Shown: positions 18,116-27,245 of the stretch, piece after piece
How the letters are laid out: the number at the start of each line of letters is the position of its first letter
How positions within the stretch are numbered: position 1 is the stretch's first letter
Position numbers and translations under genes: made by a program
Notes under the pieces: model-generated
Told to the model about the DNA's origin: nothing
The model's database searches: none
What the model saw: only the letters and a program-made list of their open reading frames with translations
Source: Ramlibacter sp.
Lineage (GTDB): Bacteria; Pseudomonadota; Gammaproteobacteria; Burkholderiales; Burkholderiaceae_C
DNA length: 64,000 nucleotides
Direction of reading: 5' to 3'
Assembly: GCA_046348225.1 (NCBI GenBank)
Contig: JAXMEQ010000004.1
Location: 234,081 to 298,080, forward strand

Positions 18116-18667
18116 TCAGAGGTCGCGCGCCAAAAGTGTCTCGCGCAGGATGTCGGCCTTGTCGGGGTCGTACCGGCCCTGCACCCGCGCCAGCACATCG
18201 CCATTGCGGTTGATGACGACGGCGTAGGGCGCGTGCGGCCCGTCCAGCCCCGTGGCGCGGATGAAGGCGGCGCGGTCGGTGAACACCGGTACCAGCCGCG
18301 CACGCTCGCCTTCCGACGCGTAGCGCGCCAGCAGCCGGTTTTCAATGGCGCTGCGCGCGTGCGCCTGGCCCGGGTCTTCGAGCACCGGCATGCGCAGCCA
18401 GGCAATGCTTGGGTCCTTGTGCAGCTGCAGCCCATGGATCCAGCTCTCGATCACCGGCGCCTGGCCCTTGTTGAAGGTGATCAGTGCCAGTGTGCGGTCC
18501 GCGGTCAGGCCCTGCGGCAGCGACACCGGACGCTGGTCCAGGCGCTTGGCCATGATGGACGGCAGCTTGCCCATGACGGTGGATTCGCTCGGCGCGGCCA
18601 GCGCCAGCCCCAGGGCTGCGGCGACAGCCAGAGCCCAGGCCAATGTGTTCATCCAGACGGCTTTCAT
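18116..18667 (-). CDS. hypothetical periplasmic protein
   Basis: Start set at ATG 18667 (MKAVWMNTLAWALAVAAALGLALAAP signal peptide). No family recognised. Confidence 0.55.
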   Translation of the reverse strand: MKAVWMNTLAWALAVAAALGLALAAPSESTVMGKLPSIMAKRLDQRPVSLPQGLTADRTLALITFNKGQAPVIESWIHGLQLHKDPSIAWLRMPVLEDPGQAHARSAIENRLLARYASEGERARLVPVFTDRAAFIRATGLDGPHAPYAVVINRNGDVLARVQGRYDPDKADILRETLLARDL

Positions 18668-18817
18668 GGCGGATGCTCCTGCGCGGGTGGGAAGGCAAAC
18701 CGTGCAGCAAGATTGATGCACGAATTGGAGTTTCGTACAGACCGTTTGTTATGTGACCCTTCGGTTGTAAAGTAAACCGTCTATATGTTTTTAGAAGTAA
18801 CCGGCTAAAATTGAGGC

Positions 18818-19441
18818 ATGAACAAGCGAAATGACGGGGTCAAGGTGTCCTTCAAGGAGCAGATGCTCCAGGCTCGCGAGGACGCCATCGTGCGGACCGT
18901 GAACCGGCTGCTGGCAGAGAAGGGCTTTGACGCCATGACGGTGGACGAGGTCGCTGCGGCGGTGGGTATCGCGAAAGCGAGCCTTTACAAACACTTTCCC
19001 AGCAAGGAAGACCTGGCGGCTGCTGCCATGGTGCGCGTGATGCGCCGTGCCCAGGAATTCCTGCGCACGGTGGCGGCCGAGCTGTCGCCGCTGGACAAGC
19101 TGCGCTGCGTGGCACGCTGGACCATGGAAGTCCAGCTGGCCGGGGAAATGCCGTCGCTGCCCAGCCAGAATTCATCGCTGCGGGCGGCGCTCATGGGCAA
19201 CCGGGAATACATCGACGGCCTGATGGAAATCAGTGACCAGCTCGGTGCATGGATTGAAGCCGCCCAGAAAGAGGGCACGCTCAATCCGGCGCTGCCTCCC
19301 ATTGCCGTGCTCTACACGCTCTATGCGCGCGCCTGCGACCCGGTGCTGGAGTTCCTCAAGACGGGTGGCCAGCACACCGACGCGCAAATCGTCGAGCTGG
19401 TCATGAGCACCTGCTTCGACGGGCTCAACGCCCGCGCCTAA
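18818..19441 (+). CDS. TetR/AcrR-family transcriptional regulator
   Basis: HTH MTVDEVAAAVGIAKASLYKHFPSKEDL. GAGG RBS. Confidence 0.85.
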   Translation: MNKRNDGVKVSFKEQMLQAREDAIVRTVNRLLAEKGFDAMTVDEVAAAVGIAKASLYKHFPSKEDLAAAAMVRVMRRAQEFLRTVAAELSPLDKLRCVARWTMEVQLAGEMPSLPSQNSSLRAALMGNREYIDGLMEISDQLGAWIEAAQKEGTLNPALPPIAVLYTLYARACDPVLEFLKTGGQHTDAQIVELVMSTCFDGLNARA

Positions 19442-20238
19442 ACCGCCACGCAGAAGCGCTCGCGAAAGCCCTGCTGCTCGCCTTTGCCGGCGTAGCCCAG
19501 CGGATTGGCCACGACCCGGCAGCCGCGGTGCACGTAGTTGCTGGGGCAATGCAGGTGCCCGTGCAGCCACAGGCTGGCCAGTGGCAGCAGTTCATCCAGC
19601 GCATTGCAGAAGCCGGCCGTGCCCGGCACGTTGCCGTAGCGCGGGTCGGCGCTGTGCAGGCTGGGCGCGAAATGGGTCACCACCACGGTGGTGCCATCAA
19701 ACGGCACCGCCAGCGCTTCGCGCAGCCATTGCTGGCACACCAGGGCCTGTTCGCGCACGGCCTCCGCCAGCCAGGGCTCGCCGTGGCGCGTGGTGCCGGT
19801 GGTGCGCAGGTACCAGTTGGCCGCGCGGAAGGCCTTCTCGCGCGCCTTGAGCTGCTGCGCCGGGCGGGCCTGCAGCGCCAGCGCGTCAAAGTCGCTCCAC
19901 AGCGTGGTGCCGACAAAGCGCACCTTGTCCATGACCACGGTTTCGCGCTCCAGCCAGGTGATGCCCAGCCGTTCGCAGGTGTCGCGCAGCCGGGCGTGGG
20001 TGGCGTCAAACTCCACGGCGTCGTACTCGTGGTTGCCCGGCACGTAGAGCACCGGCACCGGCCAGCCGCGCAAGGGCGAGAAGCGCTCCAGCCCGAAGTC
20101 GGCCCCCGGCAGGCGTGAGCCGTACTGGTAGGAGCCAATGTCACCGGCCAGCACCAGCAGGTCGGCGTCGGGGGCAGGAGGCAGAAGGAAGTCGGGCTGG
20201 ACTTCCAGGTGCAGGTCGGACAGCAGCTGGATTTTCAC
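19438..20238 (-). CDS. metallophosphoesterase (calcineurin-like)
   Basis: Motifs LSDLHLE, LAGDIG, PGNHE and THF/HGH. Confidence 0.8.
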   Translation of the reverse strand: MKIQLLSDLHLEVQPDFLLPPAPDADLLVLAGDIGSYQYGSRLPGADFGLERFSPLRGWPVPVLYVPGNHEYDAVEFDATHARLRDTCERLGITWLERETVVMDKVRFVGTTLWSDFDALALQARPAQQLKAREKAFRAANWYLRTTGTTRHGEPWLAEAVREQALVCQQWLREALAVPFDGTTVVVTHFAPSLHSADPRYGNVPGTAGFCNALDELLPLASLWLHGHLHCPSNYVHRGCRVVANPLGYAGKGEQQGFRERFCVAV

Positions 20239-20268
20239 CCGGCCATTGTTGCAGGCATGGGCGCAGGC

Positions 20269-20694
20269 TCAGGCGGCCACCACCGCTTCTTCCAGTGCGC
20301 CCAGCTGCATCACGTCCGACAGCAGCGTGTAGGCCGCGGTCCAGGCGTCGCGCACGTCAGGGGTGAATTTCGGGCCCAGGCCCTGTTCCAGCGTCCACAG
20401 CAGCGCGCTGCCCACGGTGGCGTAGTGCTCGGTGCGCACACCATAGCGGACATGGCGAGCGCCCAATTGACGCACCACCGGTGCCAGCTTTTCGAGGTTG
20501 CGCAGGCCGCCCACGGCACTGCCGATCATGCTCATCAGCATCTGGCCCTGCTGGCCCATCTCGCCCTTGAACAGCGGGCGCAAGGCCGGGTCCAGCGTGA
20601 ACAGGCGGTTGTAGAACAGCTCGGCGGCCGTGGCGGCGATGGGTTTGACATCGGCAAAGGTCTCCTGCACGAGGTTGATTTGTTGCGGGGTCAT
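20269..20694 (-). CDS. single-domain globin (sensor-globin/protoglobin-like)
   Basis: INLVQETFADV...ELFYNRLFTLDPALRPLF...LGARHVRYGV pattern. Start set at ATG 20694, preceded by AAGGAG. Confidence 0.75.
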   Translation of the reverse strand: MTPQQINLVQETFADVKPIAATAAELFYNRLFTLDPALRPLFKGEMGQQGQMLMSMIGSAVGGLRNLEKLAPVVRQLGARHVRYGVRTEHYATVGSALLWTLEQGLGPKFTPDVRDAWTAAYTLLSDVMQLGALEEAVVAA

Positions 20695-20731
20695 GGAAGG
20701 CTCCTTGGTTGGATTGCGGGTTGAAAAAGGG

Positions 20732-21750
20732 TCAGTTGCCAAAAATGGCGCTCAGGCGGTCCATCACCGAGGCGTCGGCCGCGATCTGCGCGTCCTTGTC
20801 GGCTTGGGTGTAGGGCGAGGCGATGGCCTTGCCGATGTCGATCTGGTCAAAGCTGTGGCGCGCGCCGCTGTACACCGTCATGGCCACGGCGTTGCCCGTG
20901 CCCACGCTGGCGCCCAGCGTCTGGGCCACCGCGATGCGGTGGTCGCACCGGCCCACGGTGTACAGCGGGTCGGTGGCCGCGTGGTGGAGGGTGACGGGCG
21001 CATACGGCAACCAGGTCGTCTTGGCTGGCGTGCTGGCATCGCCACCAAACTCATTGATCAGCCCACACCCCGGGTAAAACGAAAAAGCCTCGCGGAATGG
21101 CTTGCTGCCGCCGCTGCCTTCGTTGGTGGTGTCCATCGTGGCCATCACGGCGCTGCCGCCATTGCTCCAGCCCATCAGGGCGATTCGGTCGGCCGTCACA
21201 TGGCCATTGGCGACCAGCCAGGCCCGGCCCGCCAGGGCGTCCTTGGGGCGCACGGTGGCTTCATTGAGGCCGGCGCTGCCGTTGTTGCACTCATTGAAGA
21301 GGCGCCGCGACGTGAAGCTGTCCACCAGCAGGCCGGTGAAGCCCGCCCTGGCCAGGTTTTGCCCCAGCGCTTGTGGATATGCGACAGTGCCTTGATGGAG
21401 GGCTGCGCTTCGGTGGACTCGACGCCGTTGGACCACACGCCCGCGCAGCCGTGCATCATCACCACGGCGGCGTTGCGCTGCGGGGCGGTCGGGTCACTGA
21501 ACAGGAAGCCGGTGAGTGCCTGACCATCGGCGTTGGTGAAGTGGACCTTGGTCATGGTCACGGTGCTGGCGGCAGTGGCCCCGGCGCGCAGGGGCTGGCC
21601 CGCAGCAGATGCCGGCGAGGTCAGGGCCTCGTCGTCCATGCCGCCGCCACCGCAGGCGGCCAGGGCCATGGCCGCCTGGGTGGTCAGTACCGCGCGGTGC
21701 AGGCGCTTGAAGCGGCGCAGGCGGGGGTTGAAAGCAGTGGGGGTGTTCAT
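20732..21750 (-). pseudogene. dienelactone-hydrolase-family lipoprotein gene interrupted by a frameshift
   Basis: The N-terminal part (MNTPT...LAACGGG...VVMMHGCAGVW...HKRWG) is in one frame. The continuation (QNLARAGFTGLLVDSF...LMGWSNGGSAV...) is in another. The switch lies at about 21355-21370, in T4/C4 runs. Confidence 0.6.
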
Positions 21751-21788
21751 CGGGAGGCTCCGGGCTGGTTTGAAGATGTCTTTACATC

Positions 21789-21803
21789 TCAACTCCCGTG
21801 CCA
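21789..21803 (-). promoter_or_regulatory. candidate sigma-54 (-24/-12) promoter upstream of the hydrolase gene
   Basis: Minus strand reads TGGCACG-GGAG-TTGA with correct spacing, about 40 nt upstream of ATG 21750. The -12 element is TTGA, not TTGC. Confidence 0.45.
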
Positions 21804-21856
21804 ACCAAAAAAACCAATGAAATCAACCACTTGCACGTTGCCAGCGGTATCAGGCT

Positions 21857-21874
21857 GTCGGTGTTTGCCGACAC
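21857..21874. promoter_or_regulatory. inverted repeat TGTCGG-N6-CCGACA (candidate enhancer/UAS 1)
   Basis: Read directly: TGTCGGTGTTTGCCGACA. Confidence 0.45.
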
Positions 21875-21921
21875 CGCTGCGCCGGCTGGCGCCAGATTCC
21901 CTTTGAAATCAGGCACTTGCG

Positions 21922-21941
21922 GTGTCGGCGTTCACCGACAC
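21922..21941. promoter_or_regulatory. inverted repeat GTGTCGG-N6-CCGACAC (candidate enhancer/UAS 2)
   Basis: Read directly: GTGTCGGCGTTCACCGACAC. Its centre is 66 bp from UAS 1. Confidence 0.45.
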
Positions 21942-21966
21942 CCGCGCCCGTGAATACCGCACGTTT

Positions 21967-23313
21967 TCAGGCCTTGAAGGTCGCTGGCTCGATCTGATGG
22001 CGCCCGAGCAGGGCATAGAAGTCAGTGCGGTTGCGCTGCGCCAGCTTGGCCGCCTGCGTTACGTTGCCACCCGTCAGCTTGAGCAGCTGCGTGAGGTAGT
22101 CGCGCTCGAACTGCCGGCGTGCCTCGTCGAACGGCAGCATCTCGCCGCCCTGGTTGGACAACGCGCGTTGCACCAGCGTCAGCGGGATGATCGGCGCGGT
22201 CGACAGCACCACGCATTTTTCCACCACGTTCTGCAGCTGCCGCACATTGCCTGGCCAGGGCGCCGCCGCCAGCAGCTCAATGGCGCCGGGCGCGAAGCCC
22301 GCCACCGTCTTGCCGTAACGTTGCGCCAGCGTGGTCATGAAGTGCTGGGCCAGCAGCGGGATGTCTTCGCGCCGCTCCACCAGTGCCGGCAGGTGCAGGC
22401 CCACCACGTTGAGGCGGTAGAACAGGTCTTCCCGGAAGCGGCCGGCAGCCACCTCATCCTCCAGCCGGCGGTGCGAGGCCGACAGCACCCGCACGTCAAC
22501 GCGCTGCGCTTTGGCCGCGCCCACGGCGCGCACCTCGCGCTCCTGCAAGACACGCAGCAGCTTGACCTGCATGGCCAGCGGCAGGTCGGCAATTTCGTCA
22601 AGAAAGATCGTGCCGCGCTGTGCGCTCACAAACAGGCCGGGGTTGTCACGCACCGCGCCGGTGAAGGCGCCCTTGACGTGGCCGAACAGCTCCGACTCGA
22701 TCAGGTTCTCCGGAATCGCACCGCAGTTCACCGCCACCAGCGGCTCGCGCCCGCGCGGGCTGGCGGCGTGGATGGCGCGCGCCAGCAGCTCCTTGCCAGT
22801 GCCGCTGTCGCCGTGGATCAGCACTGACGCATCGCTTTGCGCCAGCAGCCGCGCCTCGGCCAGTACCTGCTCCATGCGCGGGCTGCGCGTGAGGATGGCC
22901 TCGCGCCAGGCTTCGCCAGGTTCGTCACCCGGCATGTCGGCGCCCAGCGCCTGCGAGGCCGCCAGCGCACGCTCCACCTCGGCCATCAGGTCACGCGCCT
23001 CAAATGGCTTGGTGATGTAGCCGAACACACCGCGCTGCAGCGCCTTGACCGCGTCCGGGATGGTGCCGTGCGCGGTGAGCATCAGCACCGGCAGCAGCGG
23101 GTGGCGCCGGTGCACGGCCGCAAACAGCTGCAGGCCATCCATGCCGCCCATGCGCAGGTCGGTGATCAGCAGCGCCGGCAGTTCATGGTCCAGCCGGGCC
23201 AGCGCGGCTTCGCCGCTGTCGGCCTCGATCACCTCGTGCCCTTCGTGGCGCAGTCGCAGCGACAGCAACCGCAGCAGCGCAGGGTCGTCGTCCACGATTA
23301 GGATGCGGGCCAT
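21967..23313 (-). CDS. sigma-54-dependent response regulator (NtrC/GlrR-type enhancer-binding protein)
   Basis: Receiver domain (ILIVDDDP...ITDLRMGGMDG), AAA+ domain with GDSGTGKE and the GAFTGA motif, C-terminal Fis-type HTH. Start set at ATG 23313. Confidence 0.9.
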   Translation of the reverse strand: MARILIVDDDPALLRLLSLRLRHEGHEVIEADSGEAALARLDHELPALLITDLRMGGMDGLQLFAAVHRRHPLLPVLMLTAHGTIPDAVKALQRGVFGYITKPFEARDLMAEVERALAASQALGADMPGDEPGEAWREAILTRSPRMEQVLAEARLLAQSDASVLIHGDSGTGKELLARAIHAASPRGREPLVAVNCGAIPENLIESELFGHVKGAFTGAVRDNPGLFVSAQRGTIFLDEIADLPLAMQVKLLRVLQEREVRAVGAAKAQRVDVRVLSASHRRLEDEVAAGRFREDLFYRLNVVGLHLPALVERREDIPLLAQHFMTTLAQRYGKTVAGFAPGAIELLAAAPWPGNVRQLQNVVEKCVVLSTAPIIPLTLVQRALSNQGGEMLPFDEARRQFERDYLTQLLKLTGGNVTQAAKLAQRNRTDFYALLGRHQIEPATFKA

Positions 23314-23321
23314 CGGCGGGC

Positions 23322-25292
23322 TCAGGCAATTGGTGCGTGCAGATGCACATGGAAGCTGGTGCCCTGGCCCGGCTCGCTTTGCACGTCGATGGTGCCGCAG
23401 TGCAGGCCCACGCACTCCTTGACGATGTGCAGGCCGATGCCGGTGCCCTGGATGTTGCCGACGTTGGTGCCGCGGTGAAAGCTCTCGAACAGCCGCGGCA
23501 GGTCGGCCGCGGGAATGCCGATGCCGCGGTCGGTCACGCGCAGGTGCAGCCTGTCCCCGTCGGCGCTGACGGCGCAGGTCACGGCAGACTCGGGCGGCGA
23601 ATACTTGAGCGCATTCGACAGCAGGTTCACCAGCACATGACGCACCAGCTGCGGGTCAATCTGGCGGGCCTCGTCCACGCCGTCGCATTCCATGGCAATG
23701 CGGGCGGCCTGCGGGTTGGCGCGGTCCATCTCGGCGGCAATCTGTACCAGCAGCTCGGGCATGCGCTGCGGCCGCGGGTTGAAGCTGAACTTGCCCGACT
23801 CCAGCCGGCTGGTCAGCAACACCTGGTCGACCATGTCGTTCATGCGCGCCACGGCCGTCTTGATGAGGGTGAGCATTTCCTTGCGCTCGTCGGGCGGCAG
23901 CCGCTCACCATAGTCGTCCAGCAGCTCCACGGAAGACAGGATCGCCGCCAGCGGTGTGCGGAACTCGTGCGACGCCACCGCCACGAAGCGCGACTTGAGC
24001 TCCGAGAGCTCGCGCTCGCGCGCCAGGGCGGTGCGCATGTCCTGCTCCACCTGGCGGCGCATCGTCACGTCGGTCAGGAAGTTCAACGTGGCCGGCGCGC
24101 CCTGCCACTCGAACACCACGGCGCTGATCTCCAGCCACACGATGTTGCCGTCGCGGTGCACCACGCGGAACTGGTAGTGGTTCTCCACCTGCTCGCCACG
24201 CAGGCGGCGCAGGTGGTTGTTGAGCACCAGGTCGCGGTCGTCCGGATGGATGAATTCAATGAAGGGCCGCGACTTGGCCGTTTCCTCGTCCAGCCCCGTC
24301 AGCGCCAGTGCGCGCGGGTTGGCGTACAGGATGCGCCCGGCCGCCGTGACCAGGATGCCCTCGTTGACGTTTTCCACCACGGTGCGGTACTTGGCTTCGG
24401 AATCGGCCAGCGCGCGCTCGGCCGCCTTGCGGCGTGAAATGTCGCGAATGAAAGAGCTGAAGGTGTAGTGGTCGCCGCTGCGCACCGGCCAGACCGACAG
24501 CTCGGCGTCGAATTCCTCGCCGCTGCGGCGCAGCGCCGTGGTTTCCACGCGCCGGTTGAACATCACGGCCGTGCCGTCCTTCAGGTAGCGCGCGATGCCG
24601 GCGCTGTGGTGCCGCCGGTGCGCGTGCGGGATGATCAACTCCGTCAGCGTCTTGCCCATCGCCTCCAGCCTGCTCCAGCCAAACATGCGCTCGGCGGCGT
24701 TGTTCCAGTCAACGATCAGGCTCTGCTCGTCGATCGTCACCACCGCGTCGTTGGCGGTGGCAATCAGCGCCTGCAGCCGGGTGTTGGCTTCGCTCAGGTT
24801 GCGCTCGGCGTCGGTGCGACGGCTGATCTCGGCGCGCAGGCGGGCCGTGGTGTCGAGCTGCCAGGTCACGTCGCGTGCGATGTGCGTCACCCGCAGCAAC
24901 TCGCCCGCCGGGCCCCGCACGGGAAAGGCGCTTTCCCGCAGCCAGGCGGTGCGGCTTTGCAGCACCAGGTCGGCCGGCCGGGGTGGCTGGGTGACGCGGT
25001 ACTCCTCGGTGTAGCCCCGCGTGCCGCCGTGGGCAAGCTGCTCGCGGGCCCGTGCCAGCCGCGCGCGGTCGTCGGCGTGGACATGGGCCATCAGGGCCTG
25101 CGGCCCGGTCGCTGGGGGCTCGGTCGCCGGAAAGCCCCAGAAGCGCTCAAACGCGGCGTTGGAGTAGGTGATGCGCCCGGTTTTCGGGTCCCAGACCCAG
25201 AGCATTTCGTCAATGCTCTCGGCCACCTGGGCCAGCCATTCCTCGCCCAACCGGGGTGGGGCGGCAGGAGGGGGCGACGGCGGCGCGTTCAT
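23322..25292 (-). CDS. cytoplasmic multi-PAS sensor histidine kinase
   Basis: Three PAS-like modules, H-box ASHEFRTPL, G-box GTGIGLHIV. Start uncertain (ATG 25292 or GTG 25325). The stop lies 8 nt from the regulator start. Confidence 0.85.
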   Translation of the reverse strand: MNAPPSPPPAAPPRLGEEWLAQVAESIDEMLWVWDPKTGRITYSNAAFERFWGFPATEPPATGPQALMAHVHADDRARLARAREQLAHGGTRGYTEEYRVTQPPRPADLVLQSRTAWLRESAFPVRGPAGELLRVTHIARDVTWQLDTTARLRAEISRRTDAERNLSEANTRLQALIATANDAVVTIDEQSLIVDWNNAAERMFGWSRLEAMGKTLTELIIPHAHRRHHSAGIARYLKDGTAVMFNRRVETTALRRSGEEFDAELSVWPVRSGDHYTFSSFIRDISRRKAAERALADSEAKYRTVVENVNEGILVTAAGRILYANPRALALTGLDEETAKSRPFIEFIHPDDRDLVLNNHLRRLRGEQVENHYQFRVVHRDGNIVWLEISAVVFEWQGAPATLNFLTDVTMRRQVEQDMRTALARERELSELKSRFVAVASHEFRTPLAAILSSVELLDDYGERLPPDERKEMLTLIKTAVARMNDMVDQVLLTSRLESGKFSFNPRPQRMPELLVQIAAEMDRANPQAARIAMECDGVDEARQIDPQLVRHVLVNLLSNALKYSPPESAVTCAVSADGDRLHLRVTDRGIGIPAADLPRLFESFHRGTNVGNIQGTGIGLHIVKECVGLHCGTIDVQSEPGQGTSFHVHLHAPIA

Positions 25293-25427
25293 AAGTAACA
25301 AGCATACCGTCTCATGCTGCGGCACAAACTATGCCGAAACCGCATGGAAACGACGCTCCGCTAGGGTTGAAACCCTAGGGAAAACCCTTATTCTTGACTC
25401 ATTGCAACTCTTCACCGCAATCTGGCG

Positions 25428-25646
25428 GTGATCCAGACCATGTATGCCTTGTTCGCCCAATTGACCCAGCTTCGCAACTGGAACCGCTGGACGCCCGCCC
25501 TGCGCGCCACGCAACCCGTCGTCGCCGGTGAGGACGGCGTCGCGTCCCAGCTCATGGAGCGCGCCGAGTCGCGTGCCGGGCTCAACCCGCGCCAGGCGCG
25601 CGAACTGCGGCGCGCCGCCAGCGCTTACCTCAGCGTCGTGCGCTGA
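25428..25646 (+). CDS. small hypothetical protein (68-72 aa)
   Basis: GC3-rich codon usage. The ORF-track start is GTG 25428. ATG 25440 (MYALFAQ...), 8 nt after a GGTGA, is an alternative. No family recognised. Confidence 0.45.
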   Translation: MIQTMYALFAQLTQLRNWNRWTPALRATQPVVAGEDGVASQLMERAESRAGLNPRQARELRRAASAYLSVVR

Positions 25647-25662
25647 GTGTTCGAACGCAGTC

Positions 25663-25716
25663 AAATCAGGCTGTAGCCCGCGCAGATATTGCGCAAAGCG
25701 CTACAAAATTCATAGC
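25663..25716 (+). repeat. REP-like element, copy B
   Basis: AAATCAGGCTGTAGCCCGCGCAGATATTGCGCAAAGCGCTACAAAATTCATAGC, between two convergent stops. Confidence 0.85.
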
Positions 25717-25720
25717 AATC

Positions 25721-26677
25721 TCAGCGGGCAAACGCCTTGCCCGCAGCGGCGGCCACGGCCAGCCGCAGCCACGCGTGCTCGCTGCGCTGGCCCTGGCGGA
25801 GGTGCCAGAGCGAATCGACATGCACCGGCGGCAGCTCGAACGGCAGCTCGCGCACCATCAGCTCGCTGGCCATGCCGGTCACCGTCACGAAATGGCGGGG
25901 CAGTACCGTCAGCAGGTCGGAGCCCGACACCACCCGCCCGGCGGTGAAGAACTGGTTGACCGTCAGCACAATGCGCCGCGTCTGCCCGAGCGACGCCAGC
26001 GCCTCGTCCACAAAGCCGAACGGCCGCCCGGAAAAGCTCACCAGCAGGTGGTGGGCGCTGCAAAAGCGCTTGAGCGTGAACGGCCCGCTGGCCAGCGGGT
26101 GGCCCTTGCGCATCACGCAAACGTATTCGCCGTTGTACAGCCGCTGGTACTCAAAAGCGGCCTTGCCGCCGGCCTGCGCCTGGGCCGTCAGGTCGGCCAG
26201 AACGGCCGGGAAGAAGCCTACCGCCAGGTCAATGTGGCCCTCGTCCAGCAGGCGGCGCGGGTCGCGCGTGGTCAGTGGCAGCACCCGCATCGACACGCCC
26301 GGTGCGTCCTGCTCGATGATCTCCACCAGACCCGGCATCAGCTCGGCCGCGGTGGCGTCGGCCATGGCCAGGATGAAGGTGTTGCTGGCGCTGGCGGCCA
26401 CAAAGTCGCCCGGCGCCAGCGAGGCCTCGATCTGCCGCAAGGCGTCGCCAATGGCTGGCCACAGCGCCAGCGCGCGGGGCGTCGGCTCCACGCCATAGCC
26501 GCTGCGGCGCACCAACTCGTCGCCCAGCGCCTCGCGCAGCCGGCGCAGCGCATTGCTCACGGCGGGCTGCGTCATGGCCAGATTGCTGGCGGCCCGCGTA
26601 AGGTTGCGCTCACTCATCACCTGGTCGAACACGCGCAGCAGGTTCAGGTCGAGGGTGCGGAAGTTGAAGTTGGTCAT
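25721..26677 (-). CDS. LysR-family transcriptional regulator
   Basis: wHTH LDLNLLRVFDQVMSERNLTRAASNLAMTQPAVSNALRRLRE plus a LysR substrate-binding domain. Confidence 0.9.
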   Translation of the reverse strand: MTNFNFRTLDLNLLRVFDQVMSERNLTRAASNLAMTQPAVSNALRRLREALGDELVRRSGYGVEPTPRALALWPAIGDALRQIEASLAPGDFVAASASNTFILAMADATAAELMPGLVEIIEQDAPGVSMRVLPLTTRDPRRLLDEGHIDLAVGFFPAVLADLTAQAQAGGKAAFEYQRLYNGEYVCVMRKGHPLASGPFTLKRFCSAHHLLVSFSGRPFGFVDEALASLGQTRRIVLTVNQFFTAGRVVSGSDLLTVLPRHFVTVTGMASELMVRELPFELPPVHVDSLWHLRQGQRSEHAWLRLAVAAAAGKAFAR

Positions 26678-26784
26678 ACGTTCTGTGAATGATAGCCATC
26701 ACCAATCTAAATTTGATAAATATCAGTAGTAACCCTAGTATCTCCTCACGCCCCGGCAATCTCGCCACAAGCGTTTGAGAGGGA

Positions 26785-27228
26785 ATGACCATGAACAGCT
26801 TTGTCCATACCGAATACCCCGCCCAGCACCCGGGCGTGATGCGCGCCGAGCGCGTGGCTAGTGCCCTGCGCGGCGCGGTGAGCCGCTTTGACGGCGCCCG
26901 TGGCGCGGCCACCCTGCTGCTGGCAGCCGTGGTGTCGGCCCTGTTGGTGGTGGCCAATCAGGTGGTGGACACCTGGTCGGAAGGGCACCTGCTGATGGCC
27001 TGGATCGTGATGTGGACCATCGCCTTCACCGCGCTGGCCCTGCTGGCCGCACCGGCGCGCAACGCCGGCAGCGTGCTGCGCACCGCCCTGCGTGCCTGGG
27101 GCGAGCGCCGCAAGCAGGCCGCCGAAGACGACAAGCTCTGGGCGCTGGCCCAGACAGACGCCCGCCTGATGGCCGACATCAGCCGCGCCATGAGCAGCGA
27201 CGCCGCGCGCGAAGTGCGCTATTACTGA
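26785..27228 (+). CDS. hypothetical membrane protein
   Basis: 147 aa with two central hydrophobic helices and a C-terminal RAWGERRKQAAEDDKLWALAQTDARLMADISRAM segment. Divergent from the LysR gene. GAGAGGG RBS. Confidence 0.6.
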   Translation: MTMNSFVHTEYPAQHPGVMRAERVASALRGAVSRFDGARGAATLLLAAVVSALLVVANQVVDTWSEGHLLMAWIVMWTIAFTALALLAAPARNAGSVLRTALRAWGERRKQAAEDDKLWALAQTDARLMADISRAMSSDAAREVRYY

Positions 27229-27245
27229 GCGGCGGAGCCCGGGCG

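Noticed and set aside
21922-21941. Dyad interpreted as the intrinsic terminator of the response-regulator gene
   Set aside because: No U-tract follows it on the minus strand. A second near-identical dyad sits 66 bp away, which fits protein binding sites better. A dual role cannot be excluded.
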